Of a DNA stretch of 64,000 nt, positions 28,793 through 39,827 are shown one piece after another. How positions within the stretch are numbered: position 1 is the first letter of the stretch; each line of letters starts with the position of its first letter. The notes under the pieces were generated by a model. The model did no database searches. It was not told the origin of the DNA and saw only the letters and a list, made by a program, of their open reading frames with translations. Source of the stretch: Schmidtea polychroa (Eukaryota); the NCBI GenBank assembly GCA_044892525.1, contig CM097885.1:227478001-227542000 (forward strand), in the 5' to 3' direction. Position numbers and translations under genes: made by a program.

Positions 28793-31700
28793 TCTATTAC
28801 TAAAAAAACAAAACAAAAAATAGTTAAACATAAAAATTTATTTGGATAAAATTTGACAAAAATGATAATTACGAAGTGTCTTTAGCAAAGACCATTCGAA
28901 CTATAACCTATAATCTCATAATAAGTTGTAAATATTTTATTAACAACCCCCCCCCCCCTAAAATACGTAATCGTTGAAACAAATGTTCAGATATGTATAT
29001 TTGAAACTTATAAAAGTATAAATTACATTTTTTCATAAGTACCCCTCAAACTATACATTAAGCGAGAACAATATATATACAGTTATCAAATTTAATAATT
29101 CCTCAGATCACCTAACCATTAATTATTGTTTAAATGCATTAATTCAGACTATTTTACATGTATATTGGACTTACCTTAAAATTAACTTTTTAAAATAGCA
29201 ATAAAAATATTTCGTAAAACAGAATATATTCAAAATTTTAAATTTAAATTTAGCGGCATTTGGGTACATAGCAGAATATAACTTTCATTGGTTATAACAA
29301 ATTTTTTTTTAAAAAATTAATTGTAGTTCTAATACAACCATTTCAAAAGTCCTACTAATTAATAAATAGTATTTGCATAGCATATCATGTAGTAATTTCT
29401 TTCCATATTATTATTTTCAAAAAGTGAAACAATTATTAAAGGATCGATAGTTAAACTACTTAGAATTAAATTTAAAATTTAGTTGAATTTTAAAGTACTT
29501 TATTGTTTTGGTATCTGCCCGTAGGGAAATTCCCATAGTTAAGAAATTAAATATGAAAAGTTTATGAAGATACCAACAATAGGAAGCTTTAATCAGTAAC
29601 ACGAATTACTATGCCAATGAATACAACCAGTCGTGAGGCGCATATAAAACAGGCGTAGTTCGCTTATAATAACTTGATGCAATTGTATATGGTTATGGGT
29701 GTATGTGAATAGGGATGGGTGTTTGAGACAGAAGGTGTGATCAACAAAAATGCTGATGGTCTAAAATCGACAAGCAAAACGATGGGTAATAGCGGGCACA
29801 CTCAGTCGCACACCGGTATGGTCAACGACTATATTAGACATAGGGTTCATTAGATCATTAGTTAAAGAAACGGACGATAACAAGAGCCGAACCATCAAGA
29901 AAAGTGGTTAGAAGGATAGAGACCAGGCAAAATCGGACACAAGCCTTCTATCGGCAGTCCGTGAACTCAAAGGAGTGCCCGACAATTATAGTGCGGATAA
30001 CGCGCTCACTTTTTGCGAGCACTCGCCCAGTTGATACACTACCAACATTGATCGCTCAACGGGTATCAATTGGCAGGACCATCGTTGTATTCTGGGTTAC
30101 GCTGGAAACAGCACTAAAGAGCCAAATAATTGATCATCATTAACCCGTCATACAAATTATATATTCACCATTTTGTACAATTATTTTCTGCCTTATTGCA
30201 AGTTAATTAAAAATGCCATCATCCCAGAATATATTTGGTTTCTGGGCGAAAAACTGTTCAAGGTGCATTTAACATTCTCCAAAAGATGTGAAAGTTTTCT
30301 CATTTAAATAATTTTGCGAAAATTGAAATAAATGAAAATCAGAATATGTAAAATGTTGGGCTAATAATCAATCTTCATTTTAATTTTTTTGTTGTTTTAA
30401 TTAAGTAAGTAAATGGTCAACTGAGACCGCCCACATAACACTCAAAAAGCACAGAGAACATTTTAATGATCTGGTCTCGACTAATAGTGATGGTTCCAGT
30501 TTTCTCTCCACGCCCCTTAACATGCTAATCATGTTCCAAATATTTTTGAGTAGTCAGTTAAAGATCCGATATACGTGTTCCCCTGTCATCAAAAATGAAC
30601 CAGGATAATTCCTTTCCTTAAAATTTAGTTGTGGATATGAACAGCAAATCCAATACTCTGAAAGCATGTTTTTTCTGTGCTAATAAGAATGCACAAAACT
30701 CGCTACTGAAAGAAGAGATCCTAATATTAAAAGTGAAAATTGATCGTCTGGAGGAAATTTGGTTCACTCCCTTCCAGATAAAAGAGAGGAATAAAAAAAT
30801 CCATCGCCGGAAGTACTGCTGTGACAGTCTAATCAAGGAAAGCAAAGCCCAGGGTGCCTTTATACAAGAGCAGTCTCAAGCTGTGTATCAAGTATATACA
30901 GCCCGCGAACTCGAAACTCACATTTCAGGACTCAGTGCTGACGAGAAAGCCAATATTGTTCCATCTTACCACCTGATGCCGGAACTAATGCTCCCAACGT
31001 CCCAACCCCGGCCAAAGTAAGCATATGTCTCGTGGCGGCACCATTCATAGATTTGAGTGTGCCTACCCAGGTACCGCAGTTCACAAGCCAAAGAAACGAA
31101 ATTTGTCCAAAGCCGAAAGAAACGCTAAAAAGCGGGCAAGAAAAGCCGCTGCATTGGTCCAGATCTGCAACGCTATCTATCTTCCAGACCTTACCTTGGA
31201 GCTGCTGGACGAAGCAGATATACTGTCGGCAGGAGAAAATGAGTTCGAGTTGGATGCTTCACTGACAGATCAAAATGACTGGTAAAGCCTCTCCAATTTT
31301 CTAAACAACTTAGCTCTATTTGTGTTCATACTTATGTTTATAAATCAAATGTTGCTACATCAATATAATAAATTTTCTTTGTTATTGTTTTTCATCTTAA
31401 TAAATTCCTCTTTCTGTTGGATAAAGTTAAATGAGATGGGAGCGGCTGGAGTGAACTTCATGTTCACCTTGGAGGAAAAGTGAATATTCGGACGTAAGAC
31501 CATCTAGCAGCAGTCGAGGACCAGTCCAAAACTCAGGGGGAGTAGTTGTATGGCAGCAGCTCAGCTGCCCCCTATTGTTCAACGACAGTTGGCAGCACAA
31601 ACATGACGGTTGTCATGGTCACACTGATCAAAACATCATAAGTCATGGGCGTTTATTTACAGAGCCAATCAATGATCCGCCTATCAATTCTATTTTCCGT

Positions 31701-32222
31701 TCCCCTAAACGCCAACAAAAATAATATTCATCCATCTAATTAATACAAAACTCCGAAAGTTTTTCAAATAATTTTATTCATCTATTTAAATTTTTTATAG
31801 TGAAATTTTATGAATATTTGTTTTTAAGAAAAATAATGTTATCTAAATTAAATAAAATATTTAGTATTTTTCATCGTCATGGAAAATCATTGGTGGCTTA
31901 TTGTGCTTAATTGTAGATGAAAGGTTATCAAGTAAATTTCAATGCAAATATATATCTAGTCATGATGTTCTTTAAAGATTTATTAGAATTATGGCTACTT
32001 CCAGTGATTGGTGGTGCTCTACTTTATATCGCTCTAGTTATTATGGGACCTTTCATCATCAGTGAGCAATCACCAAAGTAATCATTATTATACAAGCTTT
32101 TTTAAAACTTTTATCTATTAAGGGAATCAGGACTTCAACTTTTACTTATATGTGTTGGAATTGCTATTACTGCTTGCATTTCACTAGGAAGCAAATCTGT
32201 ACCGTTTTTTATAAAATTTTAG
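17651..32222 (+). CDS. Host ZIP/SLC39 (LIV-1 subfamily, ZIP13/ZIP7-like) metal transporter, 9 exons, ~303 aa
   Basis: Phase-consistent GT-AG exons 17651-17759, 17804-17905, 27472-27581, 27645-27764, 27817-27906, 27958-28071, 31865-31931, 31978-32077, 32123-32222 (912 nt). Motifs RLLSFTMGLLLGDVFL, GLWTIGGLITFFICEK, LIHEIPYELRDF, WLLPVIGGALLYIALV. An upstream exon is possible. Confidence 0.85.
18407..18640. mobile_element. piggyBac-type MITE (234 bp)
   Basis: Perfect 14-bp TIR CCGTTTGCGGACGA / TCGTCCGCAAACGG flanked by TTAA on both sides (18403-18406, 18641-18644). Confidence 0.85.
19120..19870 (+). pseudogene. Degenerate Penelope-like retroelement (RT C-terminus + GIY-YIG endonuclease)
   Basis: RYVDYIFLIFE...MNSLNKNIVFTYETE...FLNLLI...IYRK (YVDD decayed to YVDY) and LVYRFTC...TYIEET GIY-YIG-like motif; stops and frameshifts. 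Confidence 0.8.
20103..23954 (+). mobile_element. Solo LTR B (3852 bp)
   Basis: TGTTGGGC (20103)...CCCCAACA (23954); 4-bp TSD CAGG (20099-20102, 23955-23958). Contains an intact LTR ORF and the RNA module. Confidence 0.93.
22668..23420 (+). CDS. LTR-encoded protein, copy B (250 aa, intact)
   Basis: True start MLPTTKS follows a 3' splice site (tttatag|caagcATG). CxxC + coiled coil + basic patch + acidic C-tail; homologous to copies A, C and D. Confidence 0.85.
   Translation: MLPTTKSALRPCFSCADKNTVIKDLQTQIGRYKRKIDELEGTWFSPARMKEIQRKLDRSEHCRDALISESRAQRSLIREQSEALHKVYVQAATTRKIVQIPIREADDIFPPHHNPSSNPSPPFKRPCRDCVETELSPKRPDVVITGTSKPPTASPSVSVTLLQVASSSKPKRKQLSRAERKKRQRERATTKPNIPSIEDSTNGGNSHVSIDLTTGPSARIISAAGVMWEENASEFFNLDELFADAEWEKQ
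25262..26125 (+). pseudogene. Degenerate IS630/Tc1-like DD34E transposase
   Basis: HLDETG, MYNVRFHK (D to Y), and frameshifted PPYS.ALNPIEECF; 34 residues between the second catalytic position and E. Confidence 0.8.
27068..27136. repeat. (ATT)n microsatellite; another at ~28735-28790
   Basis: Visible. Confidence 0.95.
29935..30120 (+). mobile_element. Relic LTR fragment with RNA module, no upstream LTR ORF
   Basis: GGAC-ACAAGCCTTCTATCGGCA-GTCC and CAGTTGATAC-ACTACCAA-hairpin-GTATCAATTG; termini not found. Confidence 0.7.
30354..31717 (+). mobile_element. Solo LTR C (1364 bp, compact family)
   Basis: TGTTGGGC (30354)...CGCCAACA (31717); TSD AAAA (low complexity). Contains the ORF homolog and the RNA module. 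Confidence 0.8.
30637..31285 (+). pseudogene. LTR-encoded protein, copy C, frameshifted near 31020
   Basis: KACFFCANKN, EEIWFTPFQIKE, YCCDSLIKES in frame 1; KKRNLSKAERNAKKR and acidic tail in frame 2. Confidence 0.8.
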
Positions 32223-32308
32223 TTTAATTTCATTGTTGTGGTAAAAATGGCATCAATATTATTTTAATTTGTCTTTATTTAAAAATAAATTTCTCATTTG
32301 AACTATAA

Positions 32309-32311
<3 letters not shown>

Positions 32312-32374
<63 letters not shown>
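32312..32374. repeat. (AT)n microsatellite
   Basis: Visible. Confidence 0.95.
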
Positions 32375-32377
<3 letters not shown>

Positions 32378-34038
32378 TTTTTACATATTTCTGAAAGATC
32401 TTGTTCACTTAATTCAAAATTAACAAGAAATTAGTGATTCTCATGATTCATCATATGATGGAGTATCAAACAATACAATTTTCAACAATCATTAGTTTTT
32501 CTTTTAGAAAAACCTTTTAAAAAAAACCTTAACACGTCTTGTGAATGTGTTGATAAAAATAAAATATGTATTAAACCAACATTTGTCATAAAATATTACT
32601 CTAAAACTATATTAACAATTAATGAAATAAACGTGGTGCGCCCCAAAGGTTTCCGGCCTATCCCAGTTAAAAACTGTGAACACCGACTTTTTTTGATTAG
32701 TATAACATCAGTATTTTTCAAACCAATTGACCAATATTTTGATACTTATTCTTTAAATGCGCCTCACATTTTTAGTTATAAAATATTGTATTTTTGATAT
32801 TTGTGCCCAAAAAAATTATTTTCTTTTTAGTCCACAAGAAAAACATGGTATTTTAAACAGTTTTTTTACATATATTATTTTGTTCTTTTTAGTCTTCTCA
32901 AATCTTACAACCGATCTTCTGTTAAAACCAATCTTTTTCATACATACATTTTTTATGCAGAACATATTTTTCTCCTAGATCGCGACTTATGACTTAATTC
33001 ACAGTAGTGCAATACATAAATGGAATTTGACGACAGATATATTAGCATTTAAAAAATTTTAAAAATGTTTATGTGTTGCGTCATACGTGCGTTTTTCACC
33101 TAAAACAAATCGGTTAAGTATAATTAAGTTCTGAGATTATTAAAATATTGTCTTGTCATCGAAGGCAAGCATGTTTACAAAATTTCAGCGAAATTGGATT
33201 ATGGAAAGTGCTTCAAAATTCGAACGAAAGATTTGACCCGAACATACAAGAAAGCAAGTTAAGAAAAACGTGATAATAATAAAAATAAAAAAGTCCATTT
33301 CTAACTAGGTGCGAAAATCTTTTGTGCGCACCACGTAATAATTTTTTTATGTCAAATTTAAATCAGCTCGTGTGTTATTTAGAAAAACAAACAAAGTTAC
33401 AATTCCAATGTATTCAATAAAGTTCTTTGATTTCGATTAAAACATCGTTATCAAGCCAAATGTCAAGAACTTCAAATTGCATTCATCAATTAAAGAGAAA
33501 ATAAAACAAAATTAACCGAGCATTCCTTAGGGGTCATAGCTACACTTTTAGCTAATAAGTTTTGACAAATATCTGCGCAGTTAATATTGAGTTAATTCAA
33601 TTCTGAAATAATTTTGGCAATACTTCATATAATTTTCAAATTTCAGTTTCAGTTATTAAATTAATTATAAAATTATTAATAAAATTCCAAAAAGTAACAA
33701 AAAAAATTTTCTTGAGCATAATAAAATGTATTAAAATCTTGGTGAATTTTATACAAAACCATTGGTTGAAAATTACAGTTTTTCCCATATGAAAATAAGT
33801 GAATCATTGACAGAAAAATATTTACCCTACCAGAAAGTGATAATGAAAAAACTGAGCGAAAGAAAGGATAATTACTATTGATAATCTAAATCATTTACCA
33901 AAATATTTCAGCACGCAATAATACTGTTGGGCGTATATGGGAGAAGTCAAACGGACATTCGTAGTGCCGCTGGCATCATGTTCCTTTAGCTCGGGCCATT
34001 CCCCCACATAACCCGCATGATTTACAAATATTCCCTCA

Positions 34039-34174
34039 TGTGAGCCCGTGATGATCTACCCACGTTGGTGCTGCTCACACGGGTCGGAGTTGATCCGCAG
34101 GTGAGCCCCTGCCTTAGGACTACTACGGACCCACTCTCAGTTCAGGTTCCCCGGTGCCTAAGAAGGTCTTACCC
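34039..34174 (-). ncRNA. Conserved structured RNA module in U5 (class unknown); second copy 60418-60553
   Basis: Three helices with compensatory changes across copies at 6919-7059, 23686-23827, 31490-31627, 29935-30073, 14906-15043 and 14528-14614. Confidence 0.6.
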
Positions 34175-34457
34175 ATACTCGTCATGCATTCTTGGTACGA
34201 CCCTGGTCCAAGGGGACGACCCACATTCTCCAATGGTCATTCCAATTCATTTATCCAGTCATAACTCATCACTCTATAACTTTTACGGGACAACACAACG
34301 AATACTATGATTATATTAATGAAATTGAGGATACATATAAACACAAATTGCAGAATCACAACACGTAGGAGAGTACAAACATGCATCATCCAAGTCATTT
34401 ATAAAGATTGTTGAGCTTGATCGCGTCGGATGAGAGATGGGTCAACGACATGTCCAA

Positions 34458-35219
34458 TTATGGGAAAACTTCCCCTTCGGCGATCATCTCGTCGATGTCG
34501 ACCGGTAACCGACGGTCTCGCACGAGCTGGACCCCTTCGGGCGAGATCACCCGGAATATCTCCTTTGTGGGGGTAGAGGGTATTGACGATAACTTCTCCA
34601 GAGAAGACTTGGCCACAGATAACGACGCCTCAAGAGCCGCGATTGCATCTCGGCGTCTTTGATTTTTGGCGGCTCGGGTCGGCCGTTTTCTTTTACGCTG
34701 TGGTTGATGGTTGTCCGCATCGGGTGCTGTAACTGATGTCACTAAAACTGGAGCCAAGATAGGGGCGGATGGACCATCCACCGGCGGCTGACAACTATAT
34801 AAGGCCGGTGCTGGAACAGGCGGCAGATAGGAGCCGTGCCCCAGACAACTGGTTGTAGCGGTGGAAGTACTTTGGTGGTGAGTTGGAAAAACATTACTGG
34901 CCTCCAAGACGGGAAATTCTCGTACCCGTTTGGCCAATTCTGCCTCCGTGTAGACCTTGTGGAGGGCTTCCGATTGCGCCTTGATCGTCAGTCTTTGACA
35001 GCGACTCTCCTCTAGGAGGCTGTCCCGGCAATGTTCCAACCGAAGAATTTTACTGCGCTCCTCCTTCATCTGTGGCGGGGAGAACCACGTGCCTTCATAG
35101 AGATCAATTCTCTTTTTCAGTGCCCCGATATATAAGTGGAGTTGTGCTATGACTGCGTTTTTATCTGCGCAGGAGAAGCATGGACGAAGATCCTTGTTCG
35201 TAGCGGTTGAAGCAGGCAT
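34458..35219 (-). CDS. LTR-encoded protein, copy D (253 aa), in the 3' LTR
   Basis: Intact ORF; splice acceptor directly before ATG (tctttag|ATG); homolog family present in solo LTRs. Confidence 0.85.
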   Translation of the reverse strand: MPASTATNKDLRPCFSCADKNAVIAQLHLYIGALKKRIDLYEGTWFSPPQMKEERSKILRLEHCRDSLLEESRCQRLTIKAQSEALHKVYTEAELAKRVREFPVLEASNVFPTHHQSTSTATTSCLGHGSYLPPVPAPALYSCQPPVDGPSAPILAPVLVTSVTAPDADNHQPQRKRKRPTRAAKNQRRRDAIAALEASLSVAKSSLEKLSSIPSTPTKEIFRVISPEGVQLVRDRRLPVDIDEMIAEGEVFP

Positions 35220-37506
35220 CTAAAGATCAAGACGTTTTGTTATTCGTGGAGTGTAAAAAAAAAATTGCATTGGAGGGTCGTTTCCAAATTTTTGACTACG
35301 AGTTTTACCCTATTTTCAATCATACTACTCGACAATGACCCACCTACCCATGGCGCTGGTCAACATTCACACTCATTTGTCTGCAAGCATCCATACTGAT
35401 AGAGAAAAAGAAAACGGAATTCCTCGAAATAATACATTTATCATAACTTTGACTTTATGTTTGTCTTTCTGAAATTGGCCATTTTTATTTAATGTGTTTT
35501 TATTAATTTACCACAGTCGAATTTATTATAAGTATCCTTCCCTAGTAATAGCATTCCCACTCCCCGCACTACTATATTCATGAAATTACGCGCGAGTTGT
35601 GTCGTAAAAACCTAGTTCGGTATGACTGGTGACTATGGGTGTTTTAAACATCGTGATCGGCTTCATAGAAAAAGAACCGCAAAAATTTAATTTCAATCTC
35701 ATTATAATTTGCTGTTTGATCAGCTTAAATCTTGCGCCATAAATGTCGTCATGACGACGCTTGTTTGTGAATAGTGGTGTATTAGTTTCACTCTGGATGT
35801 AGGCTAGCAGATGTCGTCAGGTCTGTTCGTATGTATGCATTGTATGATTTATTGTCAGCCTGTGTTTGTGGACTAGGTAGAAATTCTACTATTCAGTATG
35901 ACGTAATCTCGCTGTCGGGTTGGACATGTAGTCTAATCATCTCTTATTTTACCGGTACGCAATTGTGAGATAAATTTATCTACTATCTGCACACTAGACA
36001 TGACATTGCTGGCTGATTTTCCAGATAGGTTGGAGTCTGAGAGAGTGTCACAGAAATCACATGAATCTAATTGTGTGGGTTAAATTGCGAATCTACTAGA
36101 TAAGATTGATTTTATATTTAGATTTTTCTCTACTAATTGGTTTTGAGATAAAAACTGTCGACTCGTTTGCTCGTGACTGAGGCTTCAGATGTCTTATCAA
36201 TCGATTTCCCGGCAGTCTCCTACACTCACTCGATGTTGTTGGCGACCGTTTCTTTCGGACTCATAGCCAGTGTTTAAATCTACTATCTGGAGATGTTCAC
36301 TCATCTCTAAAACGGCTATTATCGATGACAGCGACTAGTTGTCGGTTGGTGATTAAGTTTCCCCGGAGTCGACGATAAGCAAGACGATGGATCTATTCGC
36401 TAACCTACTGGCGGTGTAGATTCTAAGGCATCTTCAGATTGCAAGATACGAAATGGGCTTAATACAGAGAATTTCTCGTAAAAACTCGAAATTAATAACT
36501 CCTTCCGGTGGACATTCTAACAGTCACTTTTCTCAATGCAAGACGAATATGGCTCAAACTCCAAGATTATTTAATTACGTGATTGGACACAATGCTGATG
36601 ATAGTTTTAATGGTATATCTCCTGGAGTTCCCAAGGTATCGTTGATTCAAACTATGTCACTCAGAAGTTTCTGCAATGGGTGATTTTCGACAACTAAGAT
36701 GGTTGGGTTTCACTCGATGAAAGAAAGCATTTACTTGATTTGTTAAATCTCACATGGTTTCCTCGCTCCTCACACCCCACCCAAGGCAGTACGCATCTCT
36801 GCCCACTGCTCTTGGACCGGTGTAAAGGACGACTCGACCCGTCTCATCGCAACTCCATTCTCAATAAATGTGCAATAATACAATTTAATTATTCAATAAA
36901 TCAATATAGAAATAATGGAATTATGAGGAAATCAATTAAATAAATGTTCACCTGGCGACCACGACATTTGGATTCCGGGCATGATGACTCTGGTTAATAT
37001 AAATCTCTCATTCATTAAGTAATCACTTTAGTTTCTAAATTCATATGGATCTTGGGCTGGTTCTATCACTTCAATTTCCTGAGTTCATATTCGTAAATGT
37101 CCTCTCCGTAGGACGTTCGAAAAATCCAACTACATCATACCCGGACTCCAGAGGACGTCGTCGCCAGCATCATAGAGAGAAAGCAACACCTTCGTTTAAA
37201 ATATGAAATTTATTGGATTATAAACGTCTTGTTAAATTCATAATAAATATTTAAATCATCATACTAAAATCTAAAAACATAATTTACCAAAAATCTCCGA
37301 AGGTGTTAGATCAAAGTAATATAAGTTTTCTTTAGATAGACTCGTTCGGCTTAACTGAATTCGATCTCCGGTAAAAGTATACGTTATCCGATGTATGAAT
37401 ATGGTTCAATAATCTGTGCTCGTGAGTGGTTCCTAGTTTTCCTGTAGAGTTTCGGGTTAGAATGATTATATAAAGGATAAAATTTTACCTGTAGAGTTTC
37501 GGGTTA

Positions 37507-37559
37507 GAATGATACTCTACAGATTTTTGTCGCTCTTTATATATTACTTTTCGTCCAAT
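37507..37559 (-). promoter_or_regulatory. Putative LTR core promoter (ATTGG box, TATATAAA, Inr-like TCATTC); 5' LTR copy at 63886-63938
   Basis: TATA 37536-37543 lies ~33 nt upstream of the Inr-like A at 37510. CTGATTGG followed by a TATA-like run is conserved in solo LTR A (8715-8747) and B (20441-20475). Confidence 0.55.
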
Positions 37560-38277
37560 CAGGACGCGACTTGCATGTAATATTATTATTTATTATGATT
37601 TTTATGTTTTTTAATGTAATCAGGTATATTTTAATGACTTTTTTCCTATTTTTATTATTATTTTATTTATTTTCCTATTTTTTATTATTTTATCTGTTTT
37701 TCTTGTGGTTTTGTTGCTATTTTATTGTAACTTCATTTTTTGTTTTAATTAGCCTTATGGATGGTTTTTTATTTTTATTTTGTTTTTCTTCTTTTACTTT
37801 TGTTCATTTTTCTTAAATTTTCTGCTATTTTATTTTTTTCTTTTACTGTCGTTTATTAGGTGCCTTCCCTCTTGTCTTATTTTTCCTTTAGGGGTTTTGT
37901 TATTTTAATTAGTTTTTCTAATTTCTTTGTTGGATATTTAATTTGTTTCCTCCTATGTTTCTCGTATTTTTTATATGTTTTTATTTTATTTTACTCTATC
38001 CCTTCTTCGGTTCGCTTTTCCAACACCTTCGGAGCTTGGCCCAACAAATCACTCCGGGACCCGTTAAAATTGCGTCCCGCAATTCACATAATATCGTACA
38101 TTCGAATCGTACCTTCTTTCAGTATAACAACTAATCTCACAATCAAAATCCACACAAACATAAAATTAAAATAACTAAATAATACTTTAATTAAACAGAT
38201 AAAAGGACAAAAATAAGCAAGCAGTGGCCACTTTAGGTGACCGGATTTATACACACAAAGTTTATGAATGGTCGATG

Positions 38278-38913
38278 TCACATGATCTCGAGGTTCGGAA
38301 TGTTATTACTGTCTTGGTTGGTTGAATTCTGGGTCGGATGGCTGGTTGAAGTTGTTATCGTGGGGAGCGGGATTGTAACAGGCATTTGGTCAGGGGATAG
38401 ATTTTGTTGCATTTGGTCGGGTGGGCTTGGTTGTTGAAAATGTACTGCTCGTTTATGTTTATTTTTCGGTCGTGGGTTCTTTCTTTCGTGTTTCTCGGAT
38501 AGTGACTGGTTTCTTCTCCATGTTCGATGAATATCATACGCTTTCCAGATGACTAGTGCGCAGATGATAAGGGTTTCACTGATGGTAGCATAGAGTAGGA
38601 CTTGACTTTCTTTTACTTCCTTCTTCACGATGATTTCCTTCAAGGATTGTTGGGTGGTTTGTTCTTGTAAGAGAATTTCGAGCTGTTCGATTTTTTGGGT
38701 TTGTAGGTGGAGTTGCATTTGAAGTTTTTGCCAGACGGCTTTGTTCCAGCATTGTTTCGGGATGTTGTTGGAGAGCTTTCTTTCGCTTTTTAGTTTGGTT
38801 AACGGGTTTTGCTGTTTCTCGGGATTCTCCCAGAGTGTTGGGATTGGCTGCCACATGGGTACTCCGTTTATCGCTATCATCATTATTGTCACCAGGGTTG
38901 CTCCGAACCACAT
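38278..38913 (-). CDS. Accessory ORF, 211 aa, predicted signal peptide + one TM segment
   Basis: Hydrophobic N-terminus MWFGATLVTIMMIAING and TM-like LLYATISETLIICALVIW; preceded by an acceptor-like TATAG. Confidence 0.6.
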   Translation of the reverse strand: MWFGATLVTIMMIAINGVPMWQPIPTLWENPEKQQNPLTKLKSERKLSNNIPKQCWNKAVWQKLQMQLHLQTQKIEQLEILLQEQTTQQSLKEIIVKKEVKESQVLLYATISETLIICALVIWKAYDIHRTWRRNQSLSEKHERKNPRPKNKHKRAVHFQQPSPPDQMQQNLSPDQMPVTIPLPTITTSTSHPTQNSTNQDSNNIPNLEIM

Positions 38914-38968
38914 ACTACTATACGAAAATTTTTATTTACAATTATTTACATTGATCATTCATCTTTAA

Positions 38969-39712
38969 TTATTGCCGGGTTTTCTTTTTACGGGTTTTCT
39001 CGGATGTTCTCATCACTCTCGTTTCTGCTTTTATTACTCGTTTTCTCAATTCGGGTAGTACTTTTAATTGTTTGTCTCTTTCGTCTAACTGTTGCTTTAG
39101 GGTTATTATTTTTTCTTTTAGTGCTTTTATTTCTTGTGTTGCTCTTTCGAGGTTTTTATGGTTCATTATCTGTAGAAAATCATTTTCCCTTTCCCCGTCT
39201 TCTTCGTTGTCTATTTCCTGGTATTTGTTGTTCATTCGTCTCATTATCTCACATTCTTTCTGTTTTTGGTGTAGTTGGAGTTGTAACTCTTTCAGGCTTT
39301 CTCGGTGTTTCCGTGCCTCGGTTTTCCAATAGTCACTAATCACTTCGTCGGCCTTTCGACTGGCCCTCTCCTGCCATAATTCTTCCGCGATCTTTTCCCA
39401 ATTTCTCCCTCGCTTTCTTTGATCGTGAAGCCATTCGTTTTCTTCCTCTACTTCTTTCTTTACTTCTTCTAGCAAGGTGTATTCTCTTTTCAATACTTTA
39501 ATCATTTTTCGATTATCTCTCCACCTTTCTACTAATCTTTCGTTTTCCTGTTTCTCTTCTTGTAATTCTTCTTTGATAGTTTTCTTCCTCTCCACTTCAT
39601 CAACTTCAATTTCTCCCTCCTCTAGCTCGGTCATGGTGGATATTTCTTCTATTTTCATTTCTACAATATTTACAATTAATAGTGCGCTACAGTGCGGCTT
39701 ATACTTATACAT
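38969..39712 (-). CDS. Accessory coiled-coil ORF (up to 247 aa; real start may be MKIEE ~39658)
   Basis: E/K/R-rich heptad-like sequence, with the same purine-rich composition as the polyprotein. Confidence 0.7.
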   Translation of the reverse strand: MYKYKPHCSALLIVNIVEMKIEEISTMTELEEGEIEVDEVERKKTIKEELQEEKQENERLVERWRDNRKMIKVLKREYTLLEEVKKEVEEENEWLHDQRKRGRNWEKIAEELWQERASRKADEVISDYWKTEARKHRESLKELQLQLHQKQKECEIMRRMNNKYQEIDNEEDGERENDFLQIMNHKNLERATQEIKALKEKIITLKQQLDERDKQLKVLPELRKRVIKAETRVMRTSEKTRKKKTRQ

Positions 39713-39827
39713 TTGTAGGTAATTTTATAATCAGGGTTACAGTCCCTTTCATACTTTTACTGTACCATTAATTTTTTTGGTTGGGATACAGGTCCTGATT
39801 TTGTATTTTTTATCTTTCCCTTTATCT

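Larger units (their letters stand above)
33925..38046 (-). repeat. 3' LTR (4122 bp)
   Basis: Starts TGTTGGGC and ends GCCCAACA (8-bp terminal inverted repeat). 33925-37621 matches 60304-64000; the right boundary is inferred from the inverted repeat and the family termini. Confidence 0.9.

Noticed and set aside
34039-34174. RNA module as a hammerhead, HDV-like or twister ribozyme
   Set aside because: No CUGAnGA/GAAA core. A P3/L3-like CC-UUCUAUC-GG lacks a matching P1. UCCUAAG resembles twister L4 but the surrounding P1/P2 topology is absent. Left unclassified.
36453-36943. Small ORFs in the LTR interior (and 20941-21210, 1211-1486)
   Set aside because: Short, stop-riddled and not conserved as protein between LTR families; at most decayed sequence in a probable intron.
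37451-37510. gggttag motifs as telomeric repeats
   Set aside because: Only two isolated copies, within a 26-bp LTR direct repeat.
38576-38911. 111-aa ORF overlapping the 211-aa accessory ORF
   Set aside because: Starts at GTG, is nested out of frame, and has no independent support.
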